Positions 25,316 through 36,622 of a stretch of DNA of 60,229 nucleotides are shown piece after piece. The stretch's first letter is position 1, and each line of letters starts with the position of its first letter. Source of the stretch: Mesotaenium endlicherianum (Eukaryota); NCBI GenBank assembly GCA_009602735.1, contig WELA01001627.1:32238-92466 (forward strand), written 5' to 3'. A program made the translations under genes and the position numbers. The notes under the pieces were generated by a model. It made no database searches and was not told the DNA's origin. It worked only from the letters and a program-made list of their open reading frames with translations.

Positions 25316-26381
25316 CTGCGGCCCCATCCCATCCGCGCACCCCCGGCCCCAGCCCCAGCCCCACGCCCGCCATCGAGGAGACTCCACGGTCAGGAGGAGG
25401 CCCGAGTCTGCTGACGTGAAAGAGGAGGCGGCAATGTGGCAGCGGGGAAAGCGAGGAAAGCGAGGAAAGCGTGCATGCTACGAGCAGCAGAGGATGCGGA
25501 AGTGACACGTGTCGTCTCAATACTTGCATGTCCGCGTTTGAGTCGAGCAACTTGTGCGCAAACAGAGACGGAGACCTGCACCGCATGAGCTGTGCATGGG
25601 GCAGACACCGCAGGCAAGACACAAGGCACCCAGCAGGTGATTTTTGTTTATGCAGCCATGATCCCCCCGCAGCGCAAGCCCACGCTGGCCCGCTTGTCGG
25701 CTCCCCAGGAACCCCCCCGGTGACAGGTGTCACCATGTCCAAGGCCGCCAGGCGCCTGCCCCACGCCTGGAGCAGCAGCGGCCGCAGCACAGCAGCAGCA
25801 GCAGCAGGGTAGGCGTTTATAGGTGATATTTGAGAGGATTGTGTGTGCTTGGGTGGAGCGTCGTCCGCTGCGTCGACTGTGTCAGCAAGGGCAAAGGTGA
25901 CGGGGCCATTCCTGCCAGGGCTGTTGTCAGCTTGCATGCGGTGTTGGCGGCTGCCGTGCCAGCTGGCTTGCAGGGACAACAACAAGACCCCAGGAGGCCC
26001 ATATGGTCTACCAGCAAGCCTGCGGGGCGCCGTGGAATCTTCTCGCATTATGACGATGGAAGACGACTGTGCAGCAAAAAAGGGGGCCTGACTCAATCCT
26101 CTTTTGGTTATGATGCGGGGGGCCATGCAGGCAGCAGCAGGCGTGAATGATTGGCCACCCCGGCCAAACATGTCACGTGGAGAAAGGCGTGGAGAAAGAC
26201 AGAGAAAATGCCAAGAAGGGGGAAAGGAAGGGGGGAGAGATTTGGCCGGCNNNNNNNNNNNNNNNNNNNNNNNNNNNNNNNNNNNNNNNNNNNNNNNNNN
26301 NNNNNNNNNNNNNNNNNNNNNNNNNNNNNNNNNNNNNNNNNNNNNNNNNNNNNNNNNNNNNNNNNNNNNNNNNNNNNNNNN

Positions 26382-26432
<51 letters not shown>

Positions 26433-28402
26433 AAGAGGGAGAGGAGGGGCAGGGAGAAGGGGATAGCAAGAGAGAGAGAGGGAGGGAGGGAGGGGGTGTT
26501 GTGCCCGTTCTTATCGTGTCCTCTTGGTGTCTAGTCGTGTTCCCAGAGGGTGGTGGGTCAATGACAGGTTCTAGTGGTTAGTCGGGTTAGGGCGGTGGGC
26601 GAGGATGGTCTAGTCTATGTGCATTGGTGGTGAACAGTGAGACCCATGATCAGCTCACGAGGTTCTGCTGTTGAGTAGCTGTGAGGCTCCCTCCCCGATC
26701 ACGCACACTTCCTTTACCTTCACATGGTGTTGCCGCCCACATGTTTGTGGGTCGACCCTCAAGTTCGCTCGCCTGAAGGGTCAGCGCGGTTACCCAATGG
26801 GATCCCCCATTGTCTATGGCTAGATCATCACTGTACCATAGGCAATTTCCATGGGTATGGCCACGGATTGCTAGGGGTTAGGGAGAGTAGGGGACATTGG
26901 GGTGTTGGGTTCCTTTTGTCTGGTCACTAGTTGTACGTGTGCTTGACGACCTCTAGGTTCACCTCTTTTTCATATTTAGTTGATTTCGGATTTGTGTGAG
27001 ATGACGCGATGACGCGTTCATCGTAGTTGGTAGAGTTTGATCGTGTTTCGCAGGCACTGGGCTTAGCATTCAAGGGCACGCTACTTAGGCCGCGAGCTAA
27101 CACCATTTTGGTGTTAGCTTTGTATGTTCGCTTTTGTGAGTGAGTTTATTCCTATCTTGTGACGTGATCAAATGAGTGAGTTTGTGTGATGTTGTCTCGT
27201 TGTCTTCCTCACTTCTTTGTGTAGGATGCTCGTAGTTCACTCCACAACTCATCTTAAGTCGCGACCTCGTTAATCTCTCTCGCGGCCATAACAACGCTTT
27301 CCACCTTAGCTCGTGCCTTGCTTATCCGCCTAGGGGCTGTGCTTAGCCTAGAATGCTCGCCTGTACCTCGGCTCGTTTACGTACAAAGTTAACCATGAGT
27401 TAAGTGGGTTAGAAGCTAGGGACGGGCGGAGTTACTCTACTGGCGGACGTATGCCATACGACTTCACGAGGAGAGCGTCCTTGTGTGTGAAGTCTGCACG
27501 CGCTAATTGTGAGCAGGTGGAGCTTCAAAGTTTCACCTTGTGCCCTGTGAGTACATTGCGTCAATGTTAGGGCCGGTTGCGTGCGTTGTGTATTGTTGTT
27601 GTTTTGCTTGTTTGTGTGCGCCTCTACTTGGGCCGGGCACACTTTTGCTTGCAGGCTAGCCAGTGTTGCTTAGACCGGTTGTGGGTGCATTGTTAGCCTA
27701 GTTTGATCTTTGTTAGTATTCGTGCTAGTTTGTGGTTACTCCCGGCTCTTGCATTGGCCGGATTGCACGCTTTGTGGGTGTGTGCGAGCACTCCCGGCCT
27801 TTTTGTTGGCCGGGTTGTGTACGTTGGGTGGGGGCAATTAAGAAAGAGGGGGCATACTCTACGATAGCTGCTGTACTGGCAGCAGCTGAGTTAGTAGCAG
27901 CAGCAGACCCAGCCACAGCTAAGTCAGCGTCAGCTGTGCCGCCCGTGTCCGCGCCAGCAGCTGCTGAGTCTGCAGCAGTCACGCCAGCTGTAGCTGCGCC
28001 AATGTTGGCGGGGTCCGCAGCAGCTGACTCAGCAGCAGCTATGACAGCAGCAGCTGCGTTGGTCGCAGCTATGCCAGTGCAATAGCAGCATTTGCCGCCC
28101 TCGGCCGCTGACTCAACAGCAGCTGCGACAGCGGCAGCGAAGTCTGCAGCAGCTGGGCCAGGGAAACCGCGCCAGCCCCAGCTGTGCCAGGAACAGTAAC
28201 TGTCGCCTCGGTCGCTACTTGTCGTTTGCACTCTAGGGATTGGGGCCAAGTACCGCTGGTCCTGCTGCTTTTGGGAGTTTCCCCGCCGTTCGCTACCCAA
28301 TTCGCCTAGGCGCGCAGTCGGCGGTACTCCTCACGTCCCTTTTTCCGTGCTCGCAAAGTTCAGGTGTAGTGGGCCCCTACCTTTCGCCTCTGCACAGGTT
28401 GC

Positions 28403-30031
28403 ATGCCATACACCCCAAGACGTACACGGAGTGGGGCGTTGTACCAACGCGATTTTGTGCACAATCCTCTTGTCTCCGCACGCACGAGTGTGTTGTTTGA
28501 CTCTGAGCCTGAGGAGGGGGGTGACTTTGATTCGCTTTCTTTGCATCATCCGTCCACCCTTACCATATCGAAGCCCTTTTATAGACTATCTTTGGACCTC
28601 ATGCCCGAGTCGTTTTCTCCTCATCCTGCCGATACAGAGTCTCAGTCTGAGTGTTGTGTGATTGCATGCGAGTTTGGTTATTTGCACAAAGAATTTCCGT
28701 TTGTTTCTGAGGGGTTTTCTACCATGGCTACTTCCACGCTGCTATCTGAGACCTATACGGGGCACTCCAATGGCATTTACATCGTGGCATTGGAATCTAA
28801 GATTGACGCTTCGATTGCGTTGATGCGCGCTTGTAATCACAACCTCACGCGTAACCTGTTTTTCGACACTTTACCCTCACCCCTGGGCGGAGAGGCATTA
28901 TTATTCTATCGGAGGTTTAGGGTTGACATCGTCCAGACGGTACCGGACGCTGTGCCCGGTGCCGCCCCGATTCCTATAGTTGAGGCTCCTACAGTCCCGC
29001 CGGCGGACCATCCTCGAATAGCTGCTGCGGCTGCCGCTACCGCAGCCGCCATGGCTACTGGGCTAGACGCCGCCGCCGCGGCAGTAGTTGTCGCAGCGGC
29101 GGGGCTAGGCCCGATCGGGGGTGAGGGGGGGGAACTCGCACTACTTTGGGGAGCGGCAGGGGAACCTGCAGGCGCTGGACCGGTTGAGCTCGCTCTACCG
29201 GCGTATGCCACCCCCGTCGAGCAGCTTGCAGCTCGTGTGGCGGATTGCCATCATCGATCCATGCAACGGCGCCAGCAGCAGGCAGTACTTGGCATAGTTT
29301 TACCTTTGTATGAACCTGCGCCTGGAGCTGTCTTGGATCGCATTGACACCCTTTTGCAGATGTTTCCTCAGCACGTCCCCGCTAACGCTCGTTCTCGCCA
29401 AGATGAGTTGAGAGACTTTGTGCGCTCCGCGCGCGAGACTCCTAACATGGCTTATGAGCGTTTCCAGCAGTTGAGGGATGATACGGGCATTTACGTGGAT
29501 GTGACTCAGGCTTGCATCAAGTTCATCGGTGCTTTTTCTGCTTCTACTTCCCTGTGTCAGGCCCTTAACCATCAGCTTGCTCTTACTGCTATACCACAGC
29601 GGAGTGTACACGAGGTTTGTCGGTGGGCTGAGCAGATAGAGATGGTGCACGCAGCGTTGCAAGCCGAGCGTAGGACTGCCAAGGGTGGAGCCATGGGAGT
29701 GCATTCAGTGCAAGTACCTACTCCGCCAACCACCGCGGCCGTCCTGGGAGCGGGACATGCCGCCGCGACCAAGCGGGTGGTTCCAGTGTGCGACTGCTAC
29801 CGCCAGAAGGGTCACCTAGTGAAGAAGTGCTTTCTCCTTCATCCCCATTTGGCGCCGACGGGGTGGTCCTTCAAGCCCCATGCAGGCCGGCATGCAGGAC
29901 ATGCATCGTGGCGTAGGGTCGCAGCCTGCTCCTATTCTTGCTCAGTTTGTCGGTTTGCATCCCCTCCCGCCTTGAAGGCCTGGTTCCACCTATCCTTCCT
30001 GGTTTCCGCGACCGACCGACCATGCATATAA
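28403..30031 (+). pseudogene. gag-like ORF of a truncated retroelement, same gag family as the DNMT-bearing element
   Basis: N-terminal TRSG; FVRSARETPNMAYERF resembles FRRKNETIRMMYRRL; degenerate knuckle CDCYRQKGHLVKKC; no pol follows. Confidence 0.65.
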
Positions 30032-30641
30032 TGTAATTGAGGAGGAGGACAAAGATTTGGTCGTAGGGGTCCATGCAATTTACAGTTGTCGTGTGGCTGC
30101 CGCAGAGGGCCTTGCTGCCCCAACTGTAGGACCCGACCACGGGCAGAGCGTTGAGCAGTCCGCTCAGCTCCCGCGATTGTTTGACCTGTTTGAGCCCAAT
30201 GATACCTTGGGGGCCGCTCATGCCCGGCCGCCCGTACCAATTTGGGATGTGCTAGCTTGTCCTGCTGATGCAGGTACCTTGGTCATCCTCCTAGACGACG
30301 TCCCCGCGGCCCAGCTGCAGGCCCAGCTGGTGTGCGACAACCTGCGCGCGGAGGCGGCTTTCGTCGAGCGCAATCTGCTTCTTCCCCCTTCTCGTAACAA
30401 TGACCGTCGTCAGACGCTAGGCATCGACACCCCTAATCTACACAAGTGTTGAAATAGCAAGGACAGGACGTGATGCTAAAGGACTGGACAAGAGCTGGCT
30501 ATTCTAGGTGCTGTGGGTAAAAACCCCCCCTGTTAGGGGGAAAAGCCCACAACTTATGAGCTGTAAATGAAAGAGAATACGAGAGGTCTGAACTGGGCAC
30601 TAATGGGCACTAGTGGGCAACTAAGCAGCTACTAAGCACTA

Positions 30642-30777
30642 TGTCGTGCGTTACGAGGTCGAGTGCGCACCATAGGCATAAGCAACACATCATAGGCAAG
30701 CAGGCTTTGCTGCAATGGAGTCTATAATACATGTGCTGTTATAGCCAAAAAGGGGGTCAAGTCGCAAATGCTTTAAT
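30642..30777 (-). repeat. Terminal repeat B, copy 2
   Basis: Direct repeat of 31780-31914. Confidence 0.95.
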
Positions 30778-31777
30778 TAAGGGATGTGTACTCTCCAGAG
30801 TGAGCACCTCAAGACTGTAGTATGGTAGGAAAACAACTAGTGAAGTATCGCCCAAAAGATCACTGGAAGCACATCATGATCTTCAGAGTAGTCCTATGGC
30901 AAGGGTTTAAGCTGTGACTTTGCTCACCACTTGTGAAGTTCTTCAAGTGACTGGAAGCCTGGAGGGCTTGCTCCTCACAAGAGAGTAATTAAGTAGTCCT
31001 GAAAACACAAGAGATAAAAGTGTGAGCTTTACTGATAATCTCTGATACTTACACCTCGCATAATGGACTTCTAAAAGATGTCTCTTCTAGGGACATCTCT
31101 AGTACTTATAATCCTGGAAATCCGGCGGGGTATGCGGCGGATCCAATGCATGTAGTCACTCTAGGAGGCTCTCCTATGTCCACTAATGTGTACAAGGCAT
31201 GTACTAGCACTCCTATAGGCTAAGCATAACTCAAACCAATCAAAGCAAGGTGCGTAGGATATGCTACGTGGTCCTCATTGGCCGAGCTTACCTTGGGTGA
31301 TTTTACCTAGATAGCGCCTCAAAAGTGGATCTGGAAATTGAGGAAGCTTCCTCTAGGAGTAGGTGATGCAGTCACCAAGTTATAGCCTCAATGATGCACA
31401 TATACTATGGAAATACAAGCTTATGTAGGCTAAGGGGCTCGCGGATTTGTGCGCACAAAGCTTGGGGTCACGAAGAGCCAACAATGTCACCTTTGGGGAC
31501 ATTGAGTCACAAATTAGGCCTTGGGAAAGTTCCGCTAGGGACCGGTATGTGGCGCGGACTAGATCGCACCCATCTCGCTTGATACTTGACCAAATGACGC
31601 AAAATTGGTGTCATTCGGAAGATGCTTCAACGCGCTACTTGTTGGTGACTCGTAAATCTAGAAAAGGTCAACATACGGATGCGTAAAGTCAATGCAAAGT
31701 CGGCCTTCCTAGGTTGATATTTCGCACATGTGGAGCTTGGTTTTTATACAACAACCTCGACGCAATGAATAATGACA
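30778..31777 (-). repeat. Terminal repeat A, copy 2
   Basis: Direct repeat of 42168-43157. Confidence 0.95.
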
Positions 31778-31779
31778 GC

Positions 31780-31914
31780 TGTCGTGCGTTACGAGGTCAA
31801 GTGCGCACCATAGGCACAAGCAACACATCATAGGCAAGCAGGCTTTGCTGTAATGGAGTCTATAATACATGTGGCGTTAGCCAAAAAGGGAGTCAAGTCG
31901 AAAATGTTCTAATT
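31780..31914 (-). repeat. Terminal repeat B, copy 1, directly after the PPT
   Basis: Direct repeat of 30642-30777, joined to A2 through CA-GC-TG. Confidence 0.95.
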
Positions 31915-31927
31915 CCCCCCCCAGCTC

Positions 31928-32383
31928 TCAGCCTCTAGCTGATGGGCTGTGTACGCTGCCTAAGGCTAGCTCAGTGCAGTCTCCGCAGAACCAGTCTCCA
32001 GCTGGCACGCGGGCCAGCGGCGGGTCGAGGCAGCCGATGTGGAAGCCGAGGTTGCAGCTGTCGCAGAGCAGCATCTTGGCCTCCTGGCCAGTGCCGTGAC
32101 AGACCTGGCACACCCAGTCCTTGGGCGGCCACGCGTCGCCGGGACGGACATGCAAGTCAAGGTTAGGAAGGTGGCACGGCCCACAATTCTTCGTGTGGTC
32201 CTTGTGAAGACGGCCATCTGCGCCTTCCAGCTCCAGGACTCCTGACGCCAAGGCACGCTTGACGCGCAGGATGACCGGCGAGCTGCTGATGTCGAGGGTG
32301 TTCTTTGTCTGGCGTCGCAGGTACACGAAGTCACCTGCGGAAAATTGCAACACCCGCGGATGATAGGCTCCTCCACGAGTCAT
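31928..32383 (-). CDS. Integrase C-terminal region with PHD finger (frameshifted from pol)
   Basis: CQVC...LLCDSC...FHIGC...PAGDWFCGDC is a C4HC3 PHD finger. Confidence 0.92.
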   Translation of the reverse strand: MTRGGAYHPRVLQFSAGDFVYLRRQTKNTLDISSSPVILRVKRALASGVLELEGADGRLHKDHTKNCGPCHLPNLDLHVRPGDAWPPKDWVCQVCHGTGQEAKMLLCDSCNLGFHIGCLDPPLARVPAGDWFCGDCTELALGSVHSPSARG

Positions 32384-32391
32384 GGCGTACC

Positions 32392-35300
32392 TCAGTGTGT
32401 TGCGATGCTGTGCGATGTGAGGTTATCCATGGCCATGGGCAGCAGGCGCCGGAAGAGCTGAGCACGCTGCCCGATAAGAGCACTCCATGTCTCGGGACTG
32501 TCCAAGTCCAAGACGTTCTCGGCCACAGTCCTGGCTGCTGCTGGCAGGATGGGCTGTCGGCCGTAGAAAAGGAAGTAGGGAGAGTGCGAGGCTAGGGAGG
32601 CCTGCTTACTAAACCTGTACCCCATCGCCAGCCAAGGGAGGGCGTCGTCCCAGTGGGTACGGTCGTGGGCAAGGCAGTACTTTCGCAACCCTAGCTTGAC
32701 GGTCTGCACCATGCGCTCGGCGAGGCCGTCTGCCTGAGGATGATCGCGGGAGGTGGTGCGGTGGTCAATCATTGAGCGCTCCAGCAGCTTATGAAAGCTG
32801 CCCTGGAACTCCTTGCCCTGGTCGGTCAGCACCTCAGCGCAACCGCCAAAACGGCTAAGGACCTGATTGAGGAAGGCCTGAGCGATCCCCTCACTGGCCT
32901 TGCTGGGCAAGGGCACGAGCTCGATCCACTTGGACATGTGCTCAATCATCACCAAGACGTAGAGGTTGCCCTGGCGAGACTTGGGCAGCTCCCCAGCCAA
33001 GTCAAGCGACCACCTGTAGAACATCCCCTGAATAGGAAGGGGGCTGAGGGCAACAGTGCGCGCTGTGAAGCTCGAGCGCACACGGTCGCAGAGAGTGCAG
33101 CTGCTGACGACGGCGGCGACGACCTTAGTCATGCCGTGCCACCAGTACTCGGCCTGAAGAAGACTGAGGGCGCGCTTGACACCGAAGTGCTCAAGGGACT
33201 CGTGCACTCGGCGCACCAGCTGACTGCGTATGGCAGGCTCAGGGACCACCAGGACGGAGCCGTCTGCCATCACGCGCCGCACGCGCCCTTCCATAAAAAT
33301 GAAGTTGCGGCTGCGCCTGAGGATGCGGTCGCGCTCGCGTGCGCTGACATCGGATGCCAACTCCTTGGCCATGACGTACTGCAGCACTGGGGCGTCGTCC
33401 CACACGTCCTCGGGACCACGTTGCCAGCTGTCGTGATCCTCTGCCGCTGCCAGGGCCAATCGCCGAGTGGTGACGGTGACCATGTCCAGGCTAGTGAGCC
33501 CTGCGGGTCGCACATCGCCGTCCACGGTGAAGGCCAGGAAGGCCACCTCGTGCCAGGCCACCGGCTCATCCTCATCGTGGCGGGCCACAGTGAGATCCCT
33601 CGAGGAGGGCAGCGGGTTACGGCCGAGACCGTCAGCGTCCAGGTTGGTCGAGCCTGGGCGGTGGTGCACGTCGAAGGTGTACTCCTGCAAGATAAGCGCC
33701 CATCGTGCGTACTTGCCGGTCAAGCGCTCCGACGTCATGAGCCACTTAAGTGGCTGGTGGTCGGTGACCAGGCGGAAGTGCGTGCCGTAGAGATAGTGCC
33801 TGAAATGCACGATCGCCCAGACCGCTGCAAGGCACTCCCCCTCGTAGGAGCCGTAGTTGCCTTCCGCGCGGTTGTTGCTGCGGCTGGCGTAAGCCACCAC
33901 ATGCTCGAAGCCGTCATGCTCCTGCACCAGCACAGCGCCCAGCCCTGCCTGCGACCAATTGGTGTGGAGGATGAAGGGCTTTGCGTAGTCAGGACGCCGA
34001 AGCACAGGAGCGCTCACCTGCAGCTCCTTGAGCTTATCGAATGCCGCCTGCTGCTCTGGTCCCCATACGTAGGCAACGCCCTTGCGGAGCAAGTCGTTGA
34101 GCGGCTTGGCTAGCTCGCTGAACCCTGGCACGAAGCGGCGGTAGTAGTTGGCGATGCCGAGGAAGGCCCGTAGCTGCGAGAGATCTGTAGGAGGTGGGAT
34201 GCCTGTGATGGCCGAGATCTTCGCCAGCTGGGGTGCCAAGCCGCTGGAGGAGAGCAGGTGGCCAAGGTATTCCACCTCGCGGGTCCCAAAGGTGCACTTG
34301 CCTGGATGGCACTTGAGCCCAGCGGCCTCCAAGCGGTCCAGGACGATAGTGATGTGCACCACGTGCTCCTCAAACGTCTGACTGAAGACGAGCACGTCAT
34401 CGATGTAGCATCGGGCAAAGGACAGCCCGACCAGCTCCTTATCCATCACCCTCTGAAAGGTAGCTGGCGCATTCTTCAACCCGAACGGCATCACCACCCA
34501 CTCGTAGAGCCGCTGTGCTCCCCAGAACGCCGTCTTATGCTGGTCCTCCTCGGCGATGGGAATCTGGTTGAAGCCCTGATGCAGATCCAGCACTGAGAAC
34601 CAAGTGCACGTGCCAATGTCGTCAAAGATCTCGTCAGGCGTCGGCATAGGATATCTGTCCTGCTCGGTGACCTCGTTCAGCCTACGATAGTCTCCGCACA
34701 TCCTCTTCTCGGACCAGTTGCCCGAGGCATCCTTCTTGGCTGGCATGACCGTGGGTGCGGCATAACGAGAGCAGGACTCCCAAATGAGCCGGCTGTCCTC
34801 CAGGTTGCCTGTCTGCGCGCTGATCAAGCCATCCTCAAAGTGGCTGTAGCGATAACGCTTCAGGAAAATGGGCTCCTGCGACGAGAGAGTAATCCGCATG
34901 GGGTCCCCCCTGTAGCGCCCAAGATCGTGCATGCTGCTGGCAAAGCTGGTGCTGCGCCTCCCATCCAGCAGTGCCGTCAACTGTGCGGCCTGTGCCTTGG
35001 TGAGTGTCCCCCCCAGCTTCCATGTCGGTGGAGCTGGTGGCGTCGCCTGACCTGCAGCTGGAGTTTCTTGTTGTGCCGCTGGGGTAGACTGTGGTGCTGC
35101 AGGTGTCACCTGCCCTGCAGCGGTTGGCGCTTGGCCTGCCGCGGGTACCTGCACTGTGGCAGTTGCGGCCAGCTGCCTGGCACCGTCTGCCTGCGAGCGA
35201 TCGTCTGCCTGCGAGCGAGGAAAAAGAAAAGGTGACTGGGACTCCCTGGGTCGCTGTGAGGACTCCTCTCTCCGCCGGCCCCCCCCCAGCGAGCCAGAGT

Positions 35301-36582
35301 CCTCCCCGCGCGGCCGTGGGGAGGGGGGGCGGGTGCGCTCTGGCGGTGCAGGCCCTGTGCGCTGAGGATGCCATGTTGTGCTTGGCGATGTCTGAATGTC
35401 ATCGTCTGTGGAGTCATCGTCCATATTATCGGCAGGCCGAGGTAGCTCGGGATGCCGGGCTGCGGCGTAGAGAGGCGCCAAGGCTTGCGTCTGCAGCAGA
35501 ATCCACGTGAGGACGTTGGCGTCGATGGCCTGCCCCAAGAGGCGAATGCGGTTCACCTCAGTGAGACCGTCCACCTGCGTGAGATGCGGCGGAAAACCCA
35601 TGGCACGCTCCATCTCTGCAGGGCGTGGCCTGTCAAACATGCCAGTCTCCAGGTCGATGACCATCCCTCGCTGATCTCCGACAAAGGCGTCGCTGTCATA
35701 GCGACTGACAAAAGTCGGCAGCGCGCGAGTGACGTCATGCAGGACCTCACACTGCGCCATGGAGGGATGTGGCAGCGCCGTCACGCGCTGGGCCAGACGA
35801 GGGGCATCGAGGATGGAGTTGACGGTGCGTGTGTGACGTGGATGAGAGGCGGCCAACGCCTCGAGAGTACCTGGCATCGCCAAGTTTGCGAAGTAGGCGC
35901 GGACGCGGTGCGCGAAGGAACCAATCTGGGCAGCGTCGATGACGGCCTCGCGGCCGACGTAGCTGCTGCAAAGAGCGAAGTCGGCGCTAACATCGGGACG
36001 GCGATCGTGGCGTGCGGCCACGTTCTCCAGGACCCACGCGAGTGTGTGTGGCGGCTGGCGCTCCTCAACAATGTTGAGGACGCGGAGCAAGTGCCAGAAG
36101 AGGGCCGTGCGGGGATCGCTGAGCGCCCTGCCACGCCCGGCTCTGGAGAAGCCCTGGCACTCCCAACCGGCGATGACGAGATCAACGGGCCCAAGTCGGG
36201 TGACATGCTCGACGGTGATGTCGCGGATGTCCATGGACCAGTCTGTCTGAGCGCGGCGGAATGCGCGCGCGGGAAGGAGGTCAGGGAACCGCTCGTGGCC
36301 CAACGCCATCTGTCGACGGGCCACCTGCTGGGCCTCTGGATTGGGATCGACGTAGACGTAGCGGCGCACCGGGATGCCGGCTTGTAAGGTCGCGAGTAAC
36401 CCGGTGGCGATGCCGGCAAAGAGCTCGACGAGGACGATGCCGCCAGGTTGCTCGTCCAGAGCGTCTGCGCAGATAGGAGTCGGAAGTGGGCGACACCCCA
36501 CAGCAGGGGTGCCGGGCTGAGCGGGCGGCGGGAAGGTACGCTCGGCGCTGTGCTGATGTGGCGCCATGCGGAGGGCGGCCAC
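32392..36582 (-). CDS. Polyprotein: C5 cytosine methyltransferase (DNMT3-like, ~35480-36445) fused to RT, RNase H and DDE integrase
   Basis: MTase motifs I ELFAG, IV GWECQG, VI ENV, VIII HRVRAY, IX EMERAMGFP, X RLLG. RT YIDD. RNase H HTNWS (Asp to Asn). Integrase H..H..CTLC with DLAG/TDQG/GLAER. Confidence 0.95.
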   Translation of the reverse strand: MAALRMAPHQHSAERTFPPPAQPGTPAVGCRPLPTPICADALDEQPGGIVLVELFAGIATGLLATLQAGIPVRRYVYVDPNPEAQQVARRQMALGHERFPDLLPARAFRRAQTDWSMDIRDITVEHVTRLGPVDLVIAGWECQGFSRAGRGRALSDPRTALFWHLLRVLNIVEERQPPHTLAWVLENVAARHDRRPDVSADFALCSSYVGREAVIDAAQIGSFAHRVRAYFANLAMPGTLEALAASHPRHTRTVNSILDAPRLAQRVTALPHPSMAQCEVLHDVTRALPTFVSRYDSDAFVGDQRGMVIDLETGMFDRPRPAEMERAMGFPPHLTQVDGLTEVNRIRLLGQAIDANVLTWILLQTQALAPLYAAARHPELPRPADNMDDDSTDDDIQTSPSTTWHPQRTGPAPPERTRPPSPRPRGEDSGSLGGGRRREESSQRPRESQSPFLFPRSQADDRSQADGARQLAATATVQVPAAGQAPTAAGQVTPAAPQSTPAAQQETPAAGQATPPAPPTWKLGGTLTKAQAAQLTALLDGRRSTSFASSMHDLGRYRGDPMRITLSSQEPIFLKRYRYSHFEDGLISAQTGNLEDSRLIWESCSRYAAPTVMPAKKDASGNWSEKRMCGDYRRLNEVTEQDRYPMPTPDEIFDDIGTCTWFSVLDLHQGFNQIPIAEEDQHKTAFWGAQRLYEWVVMPFGLKNAPATFQRVMDKELVGLSFARCYIDDVLVFSQTFEEHVVHITIVLDRLEAAGLKCHPGKCTFGTREVEYLGHLLSSSGLAPQLAKISAITGIPPPTDLSQLRAFLGIANYYRRFVPGFSELAKPLNDLLRKGVAYVWGPEQQAAFDKLKELQVSAPVLRRPDYAKPFILHTNWSQAGLGAVLVQEHDGFEHVVAYASRSNNRAEGNYGSYEGECLAAVWAIVHFRHYLYGTHFRLVTDHQPLKWLMTSERLTGKYARWALILQEYTFDVHHRPGSTNLDADGLGRNPLPSSRDLTVARHDEDEPVAWHEVAFLAFTVDGDVRPAGLTSLDMVTVTTRRLALAAAEDHDSWQRGPEDVWDDAPVLQYVMAKELASDVSARERDRILRRSRNFIFMEGRVRRVMADGSVLVVPEPAIRSQLVRRVHESLEHFGVKRALSLLQAEYWWHGMTKVVAAVVSSCTLCDRVRSSFTARTVALSPLPIQGMFYRWSLDLAGELPKSRQGNLYVLVMIEHMSKWIELVPLPSKASEGIAQAFLNQVLSRFGGCAEVLTDQGKEFQGSFHKLLERSMIDHRTTSRDHPQADGLAERMVQTVKLGLRKYCLAHDRTHWDDALPWLAMGYRFSKQASLASHSPYFLFYGRQPILPAAARTVAENVLDLDSPETWSALIGQRAQLFRRLLPMAMDNLTSHSIATH

Positions 36583-36622
36583 AGCACGGTCTGCGTAGTC
36601 CCGCGTAAGGTTGGGGATGCGG

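Noticed and set aside
30512..30551. Imperfect hairpin TGTGGG...CCCCC...GGGGG...CCCACA
   Set aside because: A single imperfect stem with no support for a terminator, Helitron end or TIR.
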